From positions 30,566,001 to 30,630,000 of the forward strand of contig NC_083229.1 in NCBI RefSeq assembly GCF_032191835.1: a stretch of DNA of 64,000 bases, written 5' to 3'. The position numbers and the translations under genes were made by a program. Shown here piece after piece: positions 1 to 10,382 of this stretch. The stretch is from Heteronotia binoei (lineage: Eukaryota). Positions within the stretch are counted from its first letter, which is position 1, and each line of letters opens with the position of its first letter. The notes under the pieces were generated by a model, which was given only the letters and a program-made list of their open reading frames with translations, ran no database searches and was not told where the DNA came from.

Positions 1-375
1 TCATGTACTGAAACAATAATATGGCTCTATGTTGATCCAAAAGTAGGGCATTTTCATATGCAGTATTATTTTTTCAGCATTTACATATTTACCATACAAT
101 TGTTTGTTCTTCCTGCTCTGTAGAATGGACTCTTTGTGGAGGGACTGTAGGGTTTTTGTTGTGTTTTGTTTGACTACAGCTTTTGATAGTGTTTAAATGG
201 CAAGCATCTTTTAAAGGGGAGTTGTTATTTTATTTTGGGTTTAATTGGAAATATTTTTAGACTATTACTGTAATCTGCCTTGAACCAAAAGTAAGGGTAA
301 AATGCTTTAATAAGTATTATGATTGTTATGAAAAACATTGGTATAATTTATCATATTTTCTTAGGTATCAAATAA

Positions 376-600
<225 letters not shown>

Positions 601-666
601 TGATTTTACATATTCACTATATGGATTTTGTGTCTCTTTTTAAAATATCAGAAGATATGTAATCAT

Positions 667-2102
667 ATATCATGAATAGATCCCTGACTGAAGGGCATTT
701 TCCAGCACCTCTTAAAGAGGCGGTGGGTTGCCCTCTCCTGAAAAAATCAACACGAGATCCGGCCGAATTGGCACACTATCGGCCGGTCTCGAATTTACCC
801 TTTTTGGGTAAACTCATTGAGAGGGCATTGGCGTTGCAGTTACAGAGTTTTCTGGAGGATCCTTCCATTCTCGATCCCCATCAGTCCGGCTTTCGCCCAG
901 GTCAAGGGACAGAGACAGTGCTGGTTGCTCTGGTGGATGACCTTCAGCGGCATCTGGACCGAGGCGGCTCGGCAGTACTGATGTCATTAGACCTATCGGC
1001 AGTGTTCGATACGGTTGACCATTGGTTGCTGACTTGCCATCTCGCCGATGCAGGGATTCAGGGGCTGGCCTTAAAATGGCTTTCCTCTTTCCTCGATGGT
1101 TGGGAACAAAGGGTGACGATTGGGGGTGAACTGTCCTGGAGGCACACGCTTGATTGCGGGGTGCCTCAGGGGGTGGTGCTTTCCCCTATGTTGTTCAACA
1201 TTTACATGCGCCCCCTTGCCCAGATTGCCCAGAGGTATGGGTTGGGTTGTCACCAATATGCTGATGACACCCAGCTCTATCTACTCATGGATGGCTGGCC
1301 TGACTGTGTCCCAGAAAATTTGGACCTGGCGTTACAAGCCGTGGCTAGATGGCTTAGGCTGAGTGGATTGAAACTAAATCCAGCGAAGACAGAGGTCCTT
1401 TGCTTGGGTCGACATGGTCCGGGAAGGGAAATTCCCTTACCAGCCTTTGACGGTGTGCCACTGACAATGGCACACAGGGTCAAGAGCTTGGGGGTACTAT
1501 TGGAGCCTGCCCTGACAATGGAGGCCCAAATAGCAGCCACTGCTAAGTCTGCATTCTTTCATCTTAGGTGGGCAAGGCAGCTGGCCCCTTTCTTGGAACA
1601 CGACGATCTGGCAACAGTGATCCATGCAACGGTCACCTCAAGGTTGGACTACTGTAAAGCCCTCTACATCGGGCTGCCCCTGTGCCGAACCCGGAAGTTG
1701 CAGCTAGTCAGAATGCCGCCGCCCGGCTGTTATTAGGGCTTCCCAGGTGGGAGCACATTCAGCCGGGGCTCTGGGGACTGCACTGGCTGCCAATAATATA
1801 CCGGGTTCGGTACAAGGTGCTGGTTATTACCTTTAAAGCCCTATATGGCCTAGGCCCTGCCTACGTTAGGGACCATCTCCCCACATGTTCCCCAGAGAGT
1901 GTTTAGATCTGGTTCTCAAAATCTACTAACAATCCCTGGGCCGAAGGAGGCCCGTCTGAAGTCAACCAGGGACAGGGCTTTTTCGATTACAGCCCCTTGC
2001 TGGTGAAACCAGCTACCGGAAGAGGTGAGGGCCCTGTGGGACCTTGGGCAGTTCCACAGGGCCTGTAAGACAGTCCTCTTCCGGTTGGCATATAACTAAC
2101 CG
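667..2102 (+). mobile_element. 5'-truncated L2-clade LINE (reverse transcriptase region plus 3' end)
   Basis: ORF 672-1736 has non-LTR RT motifs YRPVSNL, QSGFR, LDLSAVFDTVDH, GVPQG, YADD. After a frameshift near 1709 it continues as QNAAARLL...LHWLP...KALYGLGP, typical of L2. Confidence 0.9.
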
Positions 2103-2218
2103 GTACTTTTCCCCTCCAAAGTAAGTATTTTTGAAATATGAAGTTATATCTTATAATGAACATTACATTGCCAGCACATTGAAGAGATTCTTATGGTTAT
2201 TGTTTCATTTACTTTCAG

Positions 2219-2407
2219 CATATCAGTTGCAGAGTTGTCCTGACCCACGTCCATTCCGCAATGGTTTTGTCATTGGAACAGACTTTACTGTAGGACAAAC
2301 CGTTTCATTTGAATGTTTCCCCGGATACACTTTAATTGGGAACTCGGCACTTACTTGCCTTCATGGGATCAGTCGGAATTGGAATCATCCTCTACCAAGG
2401 TGTGAAG
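2219..2407 (+). CDS. CSMD3: CSMD3 exon (189 nt), Sushi domain
   Basis: tttcag|CATAT ... GAAG|gtatgt; (A)YQLQSCPDPRPFRNG...WNHPLPRCE. Confidence 0.95.
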
Positions 2408-4039
2408 GTATGTTTTCATTTTTGTTAGTTCATTTTTGATGTCCGCATGGGACTGCACAGGCACATAGCTAGCCACCAGAAGATTTTGTAACTAGCTTAG
2501 TAACAAAGCAGGTGGAACCCCTCACAATGGGAGCTGTTGAGACCATTTTCCTGCCAATAGTTGCATGCTCCAGGGAGAGGCTCCACTCTGCCTCCGTTCT
2601 CTCTTTGCCACCATTGGAAAAGAACAGTTCTTGGCTTCTGTTTCTTGGTCTTCAAAAAATTTGTTGCTTTTGAAAAAGATGACAATGGATAAACACTCCA
2701 TTTGATTGTTGTGTCTGGGGGAGAGCCATAATGTATTGGCACTTAAAATCACACTGTTCAGCTCAAGGCCACTTTATGGGAAAAGGCTCTCTCTATTTTT
2801 TTAAAATACATCAATCTTTATTAAAAACAAAGATTTAAAACAAATACATAAAAAGAGCATCAATTTTGCTTACCAGACAGTTATGAATTTTGCTTGATTT
2901 TTTTTTAAAGGGATGGTGGCTGTAGGATTGTAAGCATCAAATGAGCCACATATATGGATGTGCACAGATGCTCAGTACACATTACAATTGTTAACCTGGC
3001 AGCAAAAACATCTGCCCTGCTAGTACAGCCTGTAATCTTAATCCCCAGACCAGTCCCTGACTGCACTTCCTACCCTCTATTGGTGATTTCAGCCCACTCT
3101 ATTCCAAGGTCAGATCTGAACCAAAGACATTCCAGGACACCCGGAAATTTCCAACCAGGTCCTCTTCCGAATCTCTACCAAAGAAACACAAGTCTAAACA
3201 TAAGACTCAATGTATAGGAATCAATTAAGCACCTGGAACTAAAGAAGCCAGGTTCAAAGGAATCAGAGTTGGTTCCAAAGACTGTTGTTGAGATCAGCAA
3301 GCATACTACCCCACACACTTCATCTCACACTTGCTTGTCAGCAGCACAGTTGGTACATGAACTGGCACCATCAGTTGATAATACCCACAAAATACATTCT
3401 AGGACCTCCTGCCCCACATTCTCAGTGGACACATTTGGGACCATGACAACAGTATCCTTGCTATCACCCTCCTCAGTATCATCAAGGATGGTCAGAACCA
3501 TCAGAACCATACATGGAACCAATGGGGCTGATGATGGAACAGCTGCAGACATCTGAGGACTTGGACCCTCATTCAGGACTGATCACTTATGGTTCCAAAG
3601 AGGAGGAGGAATTCGGGTCCATAGCCTGTTCAGGGGTGGCTTTGGAACTGTCCCCTGATGACGCTGTTGGAGACCATGACTCTCTGTTCCCAAATGAGAA
3701 CTTGCATCTTTATTCTGAACAAATGGTGCAATAATTAGACACCAGATAACATTCATGGAAGCTAGCCTTCGTAATAAGATCCTAGGTTGACTCTATCCTG
3801 ATATGCCAATGATTGTGGCCTTCCCACCTCTAGAGGGAATCATAGAGATGGTGAAATTCATTTGGGGGAAAATCATCTTCAATTCCTGCCATGTTTTGAA
3901 AACTCGAGAATATGTAGAGGGTTCAACAAGAAGGCGGTCCCTTCCTTTTCATCCATCCTGCACCATCCACTAGGGTGACCATAATGTCTGAAGGCCAGCC
4001 AGGGACACGTTGGGGGGGGGAGGTAGGGGTGTGCGCGCC

Positions 4040-4235
4040 GCCGGAAACAGGAAGTGACGTCACTTCCGGTGACGGCATGCCACCACAGGAAACAGGAAGT
4101 GACATCACTTCCTGTGACATCATTTCCCCGCGTCACCTGCCGGAAACGGGAAGTGACATCACTTCCTGTGACATCATTTCCCCCAAATGCCACTGCCGGA
4201 AACAGGAAGTGACTTCACAGCACTTCCTGTGACAT
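4040..4235. promoter_or_regulatory. About four tandem GGAAGTGAC(G/A)TCACTTCC palindromes (ETS-CRE composite-like)
   Basis: Perfect 18-bp palindrome 4050-4067; copies with one mismatch at 4095 and 4149; degenerate copy at 4205. Function not shown. Confidence 0.5.
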
Positions 4236-4748
4236 CCCCAAAAATCCCCCAAATATCACCGCCGGAAACAATTTTGTTCTGAAATCCTGTATATACTTCA
4301 TCAGTATATGGGATAAGGCACTTTCTCAACTGTGCTGCATAATGCAGCCTATTTATTTTGTCCTGTTTGCTCTGTTGGCTCTATCTGCGCCACCTTCATC
4401 ACTTTCGGGGTGTGGATCCCCCAGTGGGGTGCTCTCCCGACTCCCTCCGCCGGCTGTTTCTGATAGCCCTGCGCCTCCTCTTTCATTTGATATGTGTCCC
4501 GTGCGGGTGCTACCCTCCCGCCGGGAGATGCCGCAAAATGAGCCCCCCTGAGGCTTATGGCGGCAGGGCTCGGGGGAAGCGAGCTAGACTGCTGTTCTTT
4601 TGAGGGGTTATAGAGTGTTTCGAGCCCGTCCCTGTGGCATCGGTCCCATCGTTGTGGGGCCCAGGGGGCCGGCGCAGCGGCACGCCGAAGCAGCCTGTCA
4701 CTAATAACACAGGTCGAGATGCAGGACAGGAACTCGGAAGTGACCGAC

Positions 4749-4806
4749 AGGAAGGAAGGAAGGAAGGAAGGAAGGAAGGGAGGGAGGGAGGGAGGGAAGA
4801 AAGGAA
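4749..4806. repeat. (GGAA)n/(GGGA)n simple repeat inside the hAT element
   Basis: aggaaggaaggaaggaaggaaggaaggaagggagggagggagggagggaagaaaggaagg read directly. Confidence 0.9.
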
Positions 4807-4924
4807 GGCCGCCCCCCGCCCCCCCCCGCTTTCGGCCCCCTTACCTCGTTCCAGGGCGGCGGAGAGTCCAGCGGCGGCGGCGATTCCAGGGCGGCAGCCT
4901 CGCGGCGAGGGAGGGAGGGAGCTG

Positions 4925-5885
4925 CCGGCGCTGGCCTCTGGAGGCCTCCAGGGACCAGCGCCGGCTGCTCCGCGGCTTCCCCGCGGCCTCCGCTGGTCCC
5001 TGGAGGCCCTCCAGAGACTCTGGAGGGCCTCCAGGGACCAGCGGAGGCCGCGGGGAGGCCTTCGCTGGCCGGCGCTGGTCCCGGAAGGCCTTCCAGAGGC
5101 TCTGGAAGGCCTTCTGGGACCAGCGCCGGGTGCTCCGCGGCTTCCCCGCGGCCTCCGCTGGTCCCTGGAGGCCCTCCAGAGATTCTGGAGGGCCTCCAGG
5201 GACCAGCGGAGGCCGCGGGGAGGCCTTCGCTGGCCGGCGCTGGTCCCGGAAGGCCTTCCAGAGGCTCTGGAAGGCCTTCCGGGACCAGCGCCGGGTGCTC
5301 CGCGGCTTCCCCGCGGCCTCCGCTGGTCCCTGGAGGCCCTCCAGAGACTCTGGAGGGCCTCCAGGGACCAGCGGAGGCCGCGGGGAGGCCTTCGCTGGCC
5401 GGCGCTGGTCCCGGAAGGCCTTCCAGAGGCTCTGGAAGGCCTTCCGGGACCAGCGCCGGGTGCCCCGCGGCCTCCCCGTGGCCTCCGCTGGTCCCTGGAG
5501 GCCCTCCAGAGACTGTGGAGGGCTTCCAGGGACCAGCAGAGGCCGCGGGGAGGCCTTCGCTGGCCGGCGCTGGTCCCGGAAGGCCTTCCAGAGAATCTGG
5601 AAGGCCTTCCGGGACCAGCGCCGGGTGCTCCGCGGCTTCCCCGCGGCCTCCGCTGGTCCCTGGAGGCCCTCCAGAGACTCTGGAGGGCTTCCAGGGACCA
5701 GCGGAGGCCGTGGGGAGGCCTTCGCTGGCCGGCGCTGGTCCCGGAAGGCCTTCCAGAGGCTCTGGAAGGCCTTCCGGGACCAGCGCCGGCTGCTCCGCGG
5801 CCTCTCCGCGGCCTCCGCTGGTCCATGGAGGCCCTCCAGAGACTCTGGAGGGCTTCCAGCGACCAGCGGAGGCCGCGGAGAGGCC
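4925..5885. repeat. GC-rich minisatellite, 165-bp unit, about 5.8 copies, each unit containing two long palindromes
   Basis: Unit anchor CCG(C/T)GGCCTCCGCTGG recurs at 4981, 5146, 5311, 5476, 5641, 5806 (exact 165 spacing). Confidence 0.95.
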
Positions 5886-6925
5886 TCTGCCACCGCTGCC
5901 GGCCCCGCGCTCGGGCGGGGAAGGCGGCGAGTGAGGGAGGGAGCGTCCCTGCGCATGCGCAGGGGCCCTGCGCAGGCGCAGGGACGCTCCCTCCCTCACT
6001 CGCCGCCTTCCCCGCCGGCGCCCGCGGCCCACCGCCTCCGGGGCTGGCTAAACCGGGACCTTTAATGTTCCCGGTATAGGCAGCCCGGGAGCCGGGATTG
6101 GGTGGCCAGAACCGGGAATGTCCCGGGAGACCGGGACGGTCTGGCCACCCTACCATCCACCCTATTAGCTGAAGAGATGGAGGCTAAGCAAATAGTTGGA
6201 TCCATTTCACTTCAGGGCAGGAAGATCAATGCCTTGAGCCATAAAGCTTTATTGGTCATCAACCCCAGAAGAGCTATCAAGCTATTATGGCAGTGTACCT
6301 CTTGCTCTGCTACTAAGCTACATGAAAAATCTTTTTTGTGGCTGGCCTGCACACCTGTGCAGTCCCACATTTGCCTGCACAGTAACAACTCAATGAACAA
6401 CATTTACAGGTAAGGGCAACATTATGTTCATTTACTGGATGTTTTGATATTGTGTGTTCAGTGAATTCATAAGGAGAACCAGCACCATTCTTCCCTTCTA
6501 ACAGATCAGATTGACTACAAGAAAAGATGTGGTTTCTGGGACTGCATGATTCCTTCGTTAAGGATGATGGGAGAGATTGAAAGGAAAGTCTGGGTAGAAA
6601 GAGTTTATGATCCCACTTCCTATTCCTTATCTTTTTTACAATGTTCATAGGTCCACGTCTACAGTGGGCCAGACAGTAAACCTATAGGAAGACACCTGTG
6701 TCACTTTACTCAATGTATAGTGCCTGCAGTATGTTAGGAAAATAACACAGGTTTCTCGATAACAAAATCCAACAAAGACTTGTTGTGTCTTTTATTAAGA
6801 CTGAACCATACCCTCCCCAGGCTCTGCATTCTAATCTCCATGAATGTCCTAATCCAGATTAGAAAACCCAGTTCTCTTCTCCCCCCATTTTTTTACTTTG
6901 TTTTGTTTGTTTTAATAATAATAAT

Positions 6926-7010
6926 CAGTCTGATGAAGAGTTCTGGAGAACTTGAACACTTGTATTTTGTGTTGTGTTAGTTTGATTGTTCTTAATAAAA
7001 GATATTACAA
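6926..7010 (+). pseudogene. Decayed Penelope-like element end with hammerhead-ribozyme-like motif
   Basis: CTGATGA 6930-6936, stem AGTTC-TGGA-GAACT, then TGAAC where CGAAA is expected. Confidence 0.55.
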
Positions 7011-7170
7011 GGCTTTTGTGATTTCACAATACTGTAGTTACATTTTATAAATAATTTCTCACAATTCTATATTTTAATGAGTTACTTTACTCAATGTATA
7101 GTGCCTGCAGGGGGCTTTTGTTCAGTCATATGTTTCATATCTAGTAGCTATCATCTCAGGTAAGTTTTAA

Positions 7171-7404
<234 letters not shown>

Positions 7405-8689
7405 TAAGCAAAAATGCATATTAGTGATTTATGTTATGGCATGTGACATGGAGCAACAAGGCAGATAACCAGTTGCATCTTGCTGATTTGGCCTATGTTT
7501 TAATGCTCCAAGCCAGTAGTACTAAGTTGTCTCCCAAACTGACTCAAAAGAATATACTTCACCTTACAATAGGGTAAATGTACTTCATTACTGAAAATGC
7601 AATTCTTTGGAATTTCATTGTTTGGAAATGCTCTTACCCATTGTGTTTTTATAGTACATGCATTTGTCATTAAGTGTAAGGTGGCATTTATGAGTAATTG
7701 CTTCCCACACTTATGCAAAAGCGTTCAACATAGTACAATGCAAACAATGTCTTGAAGTGTTACGAAAAAATCATTACTGAAGAATGCATCCTGCCCTTTA
7801 TAACTGTGACATCAAGTGATGAATTACTTGTATGAATGGGTCACCACACATAAACACACCAGATACAACTTTCAGCTCTGCTTGCATCATCTCAAATGTT
7901 GTGCTTTTCTGTAAAGCCAAGTGGCTAGTTAGCAAGCTCAAGTGATACTTGAGTTTGTATCAGCCAGACTGCTAAGAGACGAGACTTTTTTTTTTTTGTA
8001 GTAACTTGACAAAACTCTAATGGGTCAAGCCAAGGCCTAAGGAAAAAATATACAAGTTTTCTGTTTTCTGGGAGCTGACTGTGACCTCAGAGGGAGAGAT
8101 ACTGGGAAGTTTTCACAGGTGCCAGGATATCATGGGGCCTAGAAGTTTCCCTATGCATTTCATTTTGCTGGAGTAAGGATTTAGCTTAATTGGACCTGAT
8201 ACAGCTGCCGAGTGTCAGGGCTAATGGCATCCTTACCTGATTGGCTGAGTCACCTGGTTAGATATGATCTGATTACATCACTTGCCATACTTTAGATTGG
8301 TCAGCAAGAATCACATCGACATAGGCTGTGAGGCATGAATGAAAGATCTTCTATTCTAGTTTTGCCAGGATTATAACTAGCTTTGGGCATCTATTGATTC
8401 TGGTTAGGCCAGGTTGGCTTGGACATCTGGTTGACTTGGACTTCAGAACTATCGTGGACTCAGTCGTTTCAAGGTGGCATCTAGATTAGAACCAGTGCTT
8501 GTAAAAGAGCTTAGATTAGTTATTTAGCTTTATTACTTTATTGTCACCATTCACTGCTCTTTTATTGTATATTCTTGCAGTCTTTTAATAAATCATGTTG
8601 ATTATATTTTGTGATGTTCTTGAACTGTGGGACTTCAATCTGAATCTAGTACTTTAGCCCATATTGGCTTCAGTTACCAAAGTTAAGCC

Positions 8690-8905
8690 AATATGTGAAT
8701 CTTCTCCTGTCCCCCAAAGAGCCCTATGTACAGCCAATCAACATCTACTGGTAATCACCAGGCCAAAAGATGTCCATTTAACTTCAACTAGGGCTAAGGC
8801 ATTTTCAACCCTGGTCCCAGCCTGGTGGAATCAGCTCCCAATAGAAATCAGAGCCCTGTGGGATTTTTTACAGTTCTTCAGGACCTGCAAAACACAGCTA
8901 TTCCA
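8690..8905 (+). mobile_element. L2 LINE 3' fragment
   Basis: Peptide TRAKAFSTLVPAWWNQLPIEIRALWDFLQFFRTCKTQLF parallels the end of the 667-2102 L2. Confidence 0.75.
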
Positions 8906-9310
8906 CTAGGCTTTTAGTGAACAGCGGATGTCCAATATTATTGGTTCCTCTTGCTCAAACTGCTGTCTAGCTGTTGTGGGGAGGGAGCTAGTTAACCTAG
9001 GAACACAGGCCACATCTGTGTATAAGGATATAATAATATCTGAAACAGTACTGGGATAGTACTATTTTTTTTTTCTCTGAGTGCCATCTTTATTATTGTT
9101 TATTGCAATTTTAATTGATCTTTTTTTTAAGAATTCCAATGTGATTATTGTTATAACTTTTATATTCCAACCTTTCCTAAGCCCCTTTGCCAGGAGGGTG
9201 GGACAGAAAATGAATGAATGAACAACCTTACAGGCCTGATTTTTCATTCTTAGACCCAGGAGGGCTAGAGGCTTGGTCCCTTGGTCTCCGGCTGTCTGGG
9301 CAGTTAAGTG

Positions 9311-10382
9311 CAGCGGTCCCCAACCTTTTTGGTCCCAGGGACCGGCTCTAGGGCCAGCCCGCCGACTGCAGCCCAGAGCAGGCAGTCTGGGGGGACCCAA
9401 TTCCTCCCTCCTGTTTTCCTCCCTCATTTAACTCCTCCCTCCCTAGCCACCCATGCAGCCTCACCGCTTCCTCCTGTCCCCATTTTCCTCCTCTCTCCTT
9501 CCCCCCCGTGCAGCCTTGCCACCTCTTAAAGGTGCAACTTGACTCCTACTTTGTTCTACTGCTTCAGACCAACTCGGCTGCCAACCTGGATCTATCCTCC
9601 TCCCACCCGTTTTCATCCCTCCCCCCCCCCCATGCAGCCTTGCCACCTCTTCTCTCCCCATTTCCTCCATTTTAAGGCTGGGGAAGGGTGGTGAAGTCCT
9701 TCCAGGTCGCTCTCTCCGCCAAATAGCTGTGGGGGGGAAACCGCCACAGCCAGTGGCACCTGAGGGCATGTCATGCCCCAGGCAGGCACCCCCCCAAAGC
9801 ACTTCAAACCCCCCTGGGCCCGCAGCACTCACCCCTTCCTTCCCTTCCCTTTCTGTCCTGTTCCATCGCTTTCCCTCCCCCGCACCCCAAATCATAGCAC
9901 AACGGAAGGAAAGGGAAGGAGGGTGGAGGTGGCGGTGGCGGGCTCTGAGGAGGAAGCAGACACACTGTGGCCAGCAGGGCGGGGGGAGGCAACAGGAAGG
10001 GAAGCGAAAGAGGTGACAGAGGAGGAGGCAGGCATGCTGCGGCTGGAGAGCCCAGGCGCAGGGGGGCAGTAGGCAAAGGGACGGAAAGGGAAAGGAAGGC
10101 AGCTGGTGGCCAGCAGCAGCGGTGAGCAATGCTGCCCTTGCCTCCTTCCCATTTGAGGAGGAGGCAAGGGCAGCATTGCTCGAAGCTGCTACAGCGGCTT
10201 TCCCAGCCGATCAGCTGATTAGTGGGAAGGGGAAGGAGGTGGGGAGGCTGTGCAGGGGGGACGAAGGAGGAAACAGGGGGAGGAGGAGGCACCGCGGGGG
10301 GGGGGGGGGCGAGGCTGCGTGGCCCATGGAAAACAGGCCACGGCCCACTACCAGTCCCCGGCCCAGGGGTTGGGGACCCCTG
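9311..10382. mobile_element. hAT (Charlie/MER1-like ends) non-autonomous element, 1072 bp
   Basis: CAGCGGTCCCCAACC ... GGTTGGGGACCCCTG; perfect TSD GTTAAGTG at 9303-9310 and 10383-10390. Confidence 0.9.

Larger units (their letters stand above)
3971..6152. mobile_element. Non-autonomous hAT-type DNA transposon, 2182 bp, CpG-rich
   Basis: TIR TAGGGTGACCA (3971) / TGGCCACCCTA (6142-6152); perfect 8-bp TSD CCATCCAC at 3963-3970 and 6153-6160; no transposase motifs. Confidence 0.92.
2440..6415 (+). mobile_element. Decayed, internally deleted DIRS1-like retrotransposon (gag-like remnant between inverted terminal repeats), host of the 3971-6152 insertion
   Basis: About 70-bp inverted repeats at 2447-2515 and 6298-6368 (GGGACTGCACAGG...AGCCAC...AAGATTTT...TAGCTTAGTA). 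Gag-like peptides SPDDAVG...LHLYSEQMVQ, SSIPAMF*KLENM*RVQQEG..FLFIHPAP, GRKINALSHK and YQAIMAVYL resemble amniote DIRS gag (recall). Confidence 0.65.

Noticed and set aside
4270-4335. CTGATGA on the minus strand inside the hAT element as a hammerhead
   Set aside because: No helix II closed before a GAAA and no helix III/NUH arrangement; same for CTGATGA at about 33686, 40375 and 54910.
4925-5885. CRISPR-like array
   Set aside because: Units are contiguous with no unique spacers, no cas genes are present, and the context is a vertebrate intron.
4555-6156. Six overlapping 370-530 aa ORFs on both strands
   Set aside because: They arise from a stop-free, GC-rich palindromic repeat whose 165-bp period is a multiple of 3. 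All frames are open, the peptides are repetitive, and no domain is recognisable.
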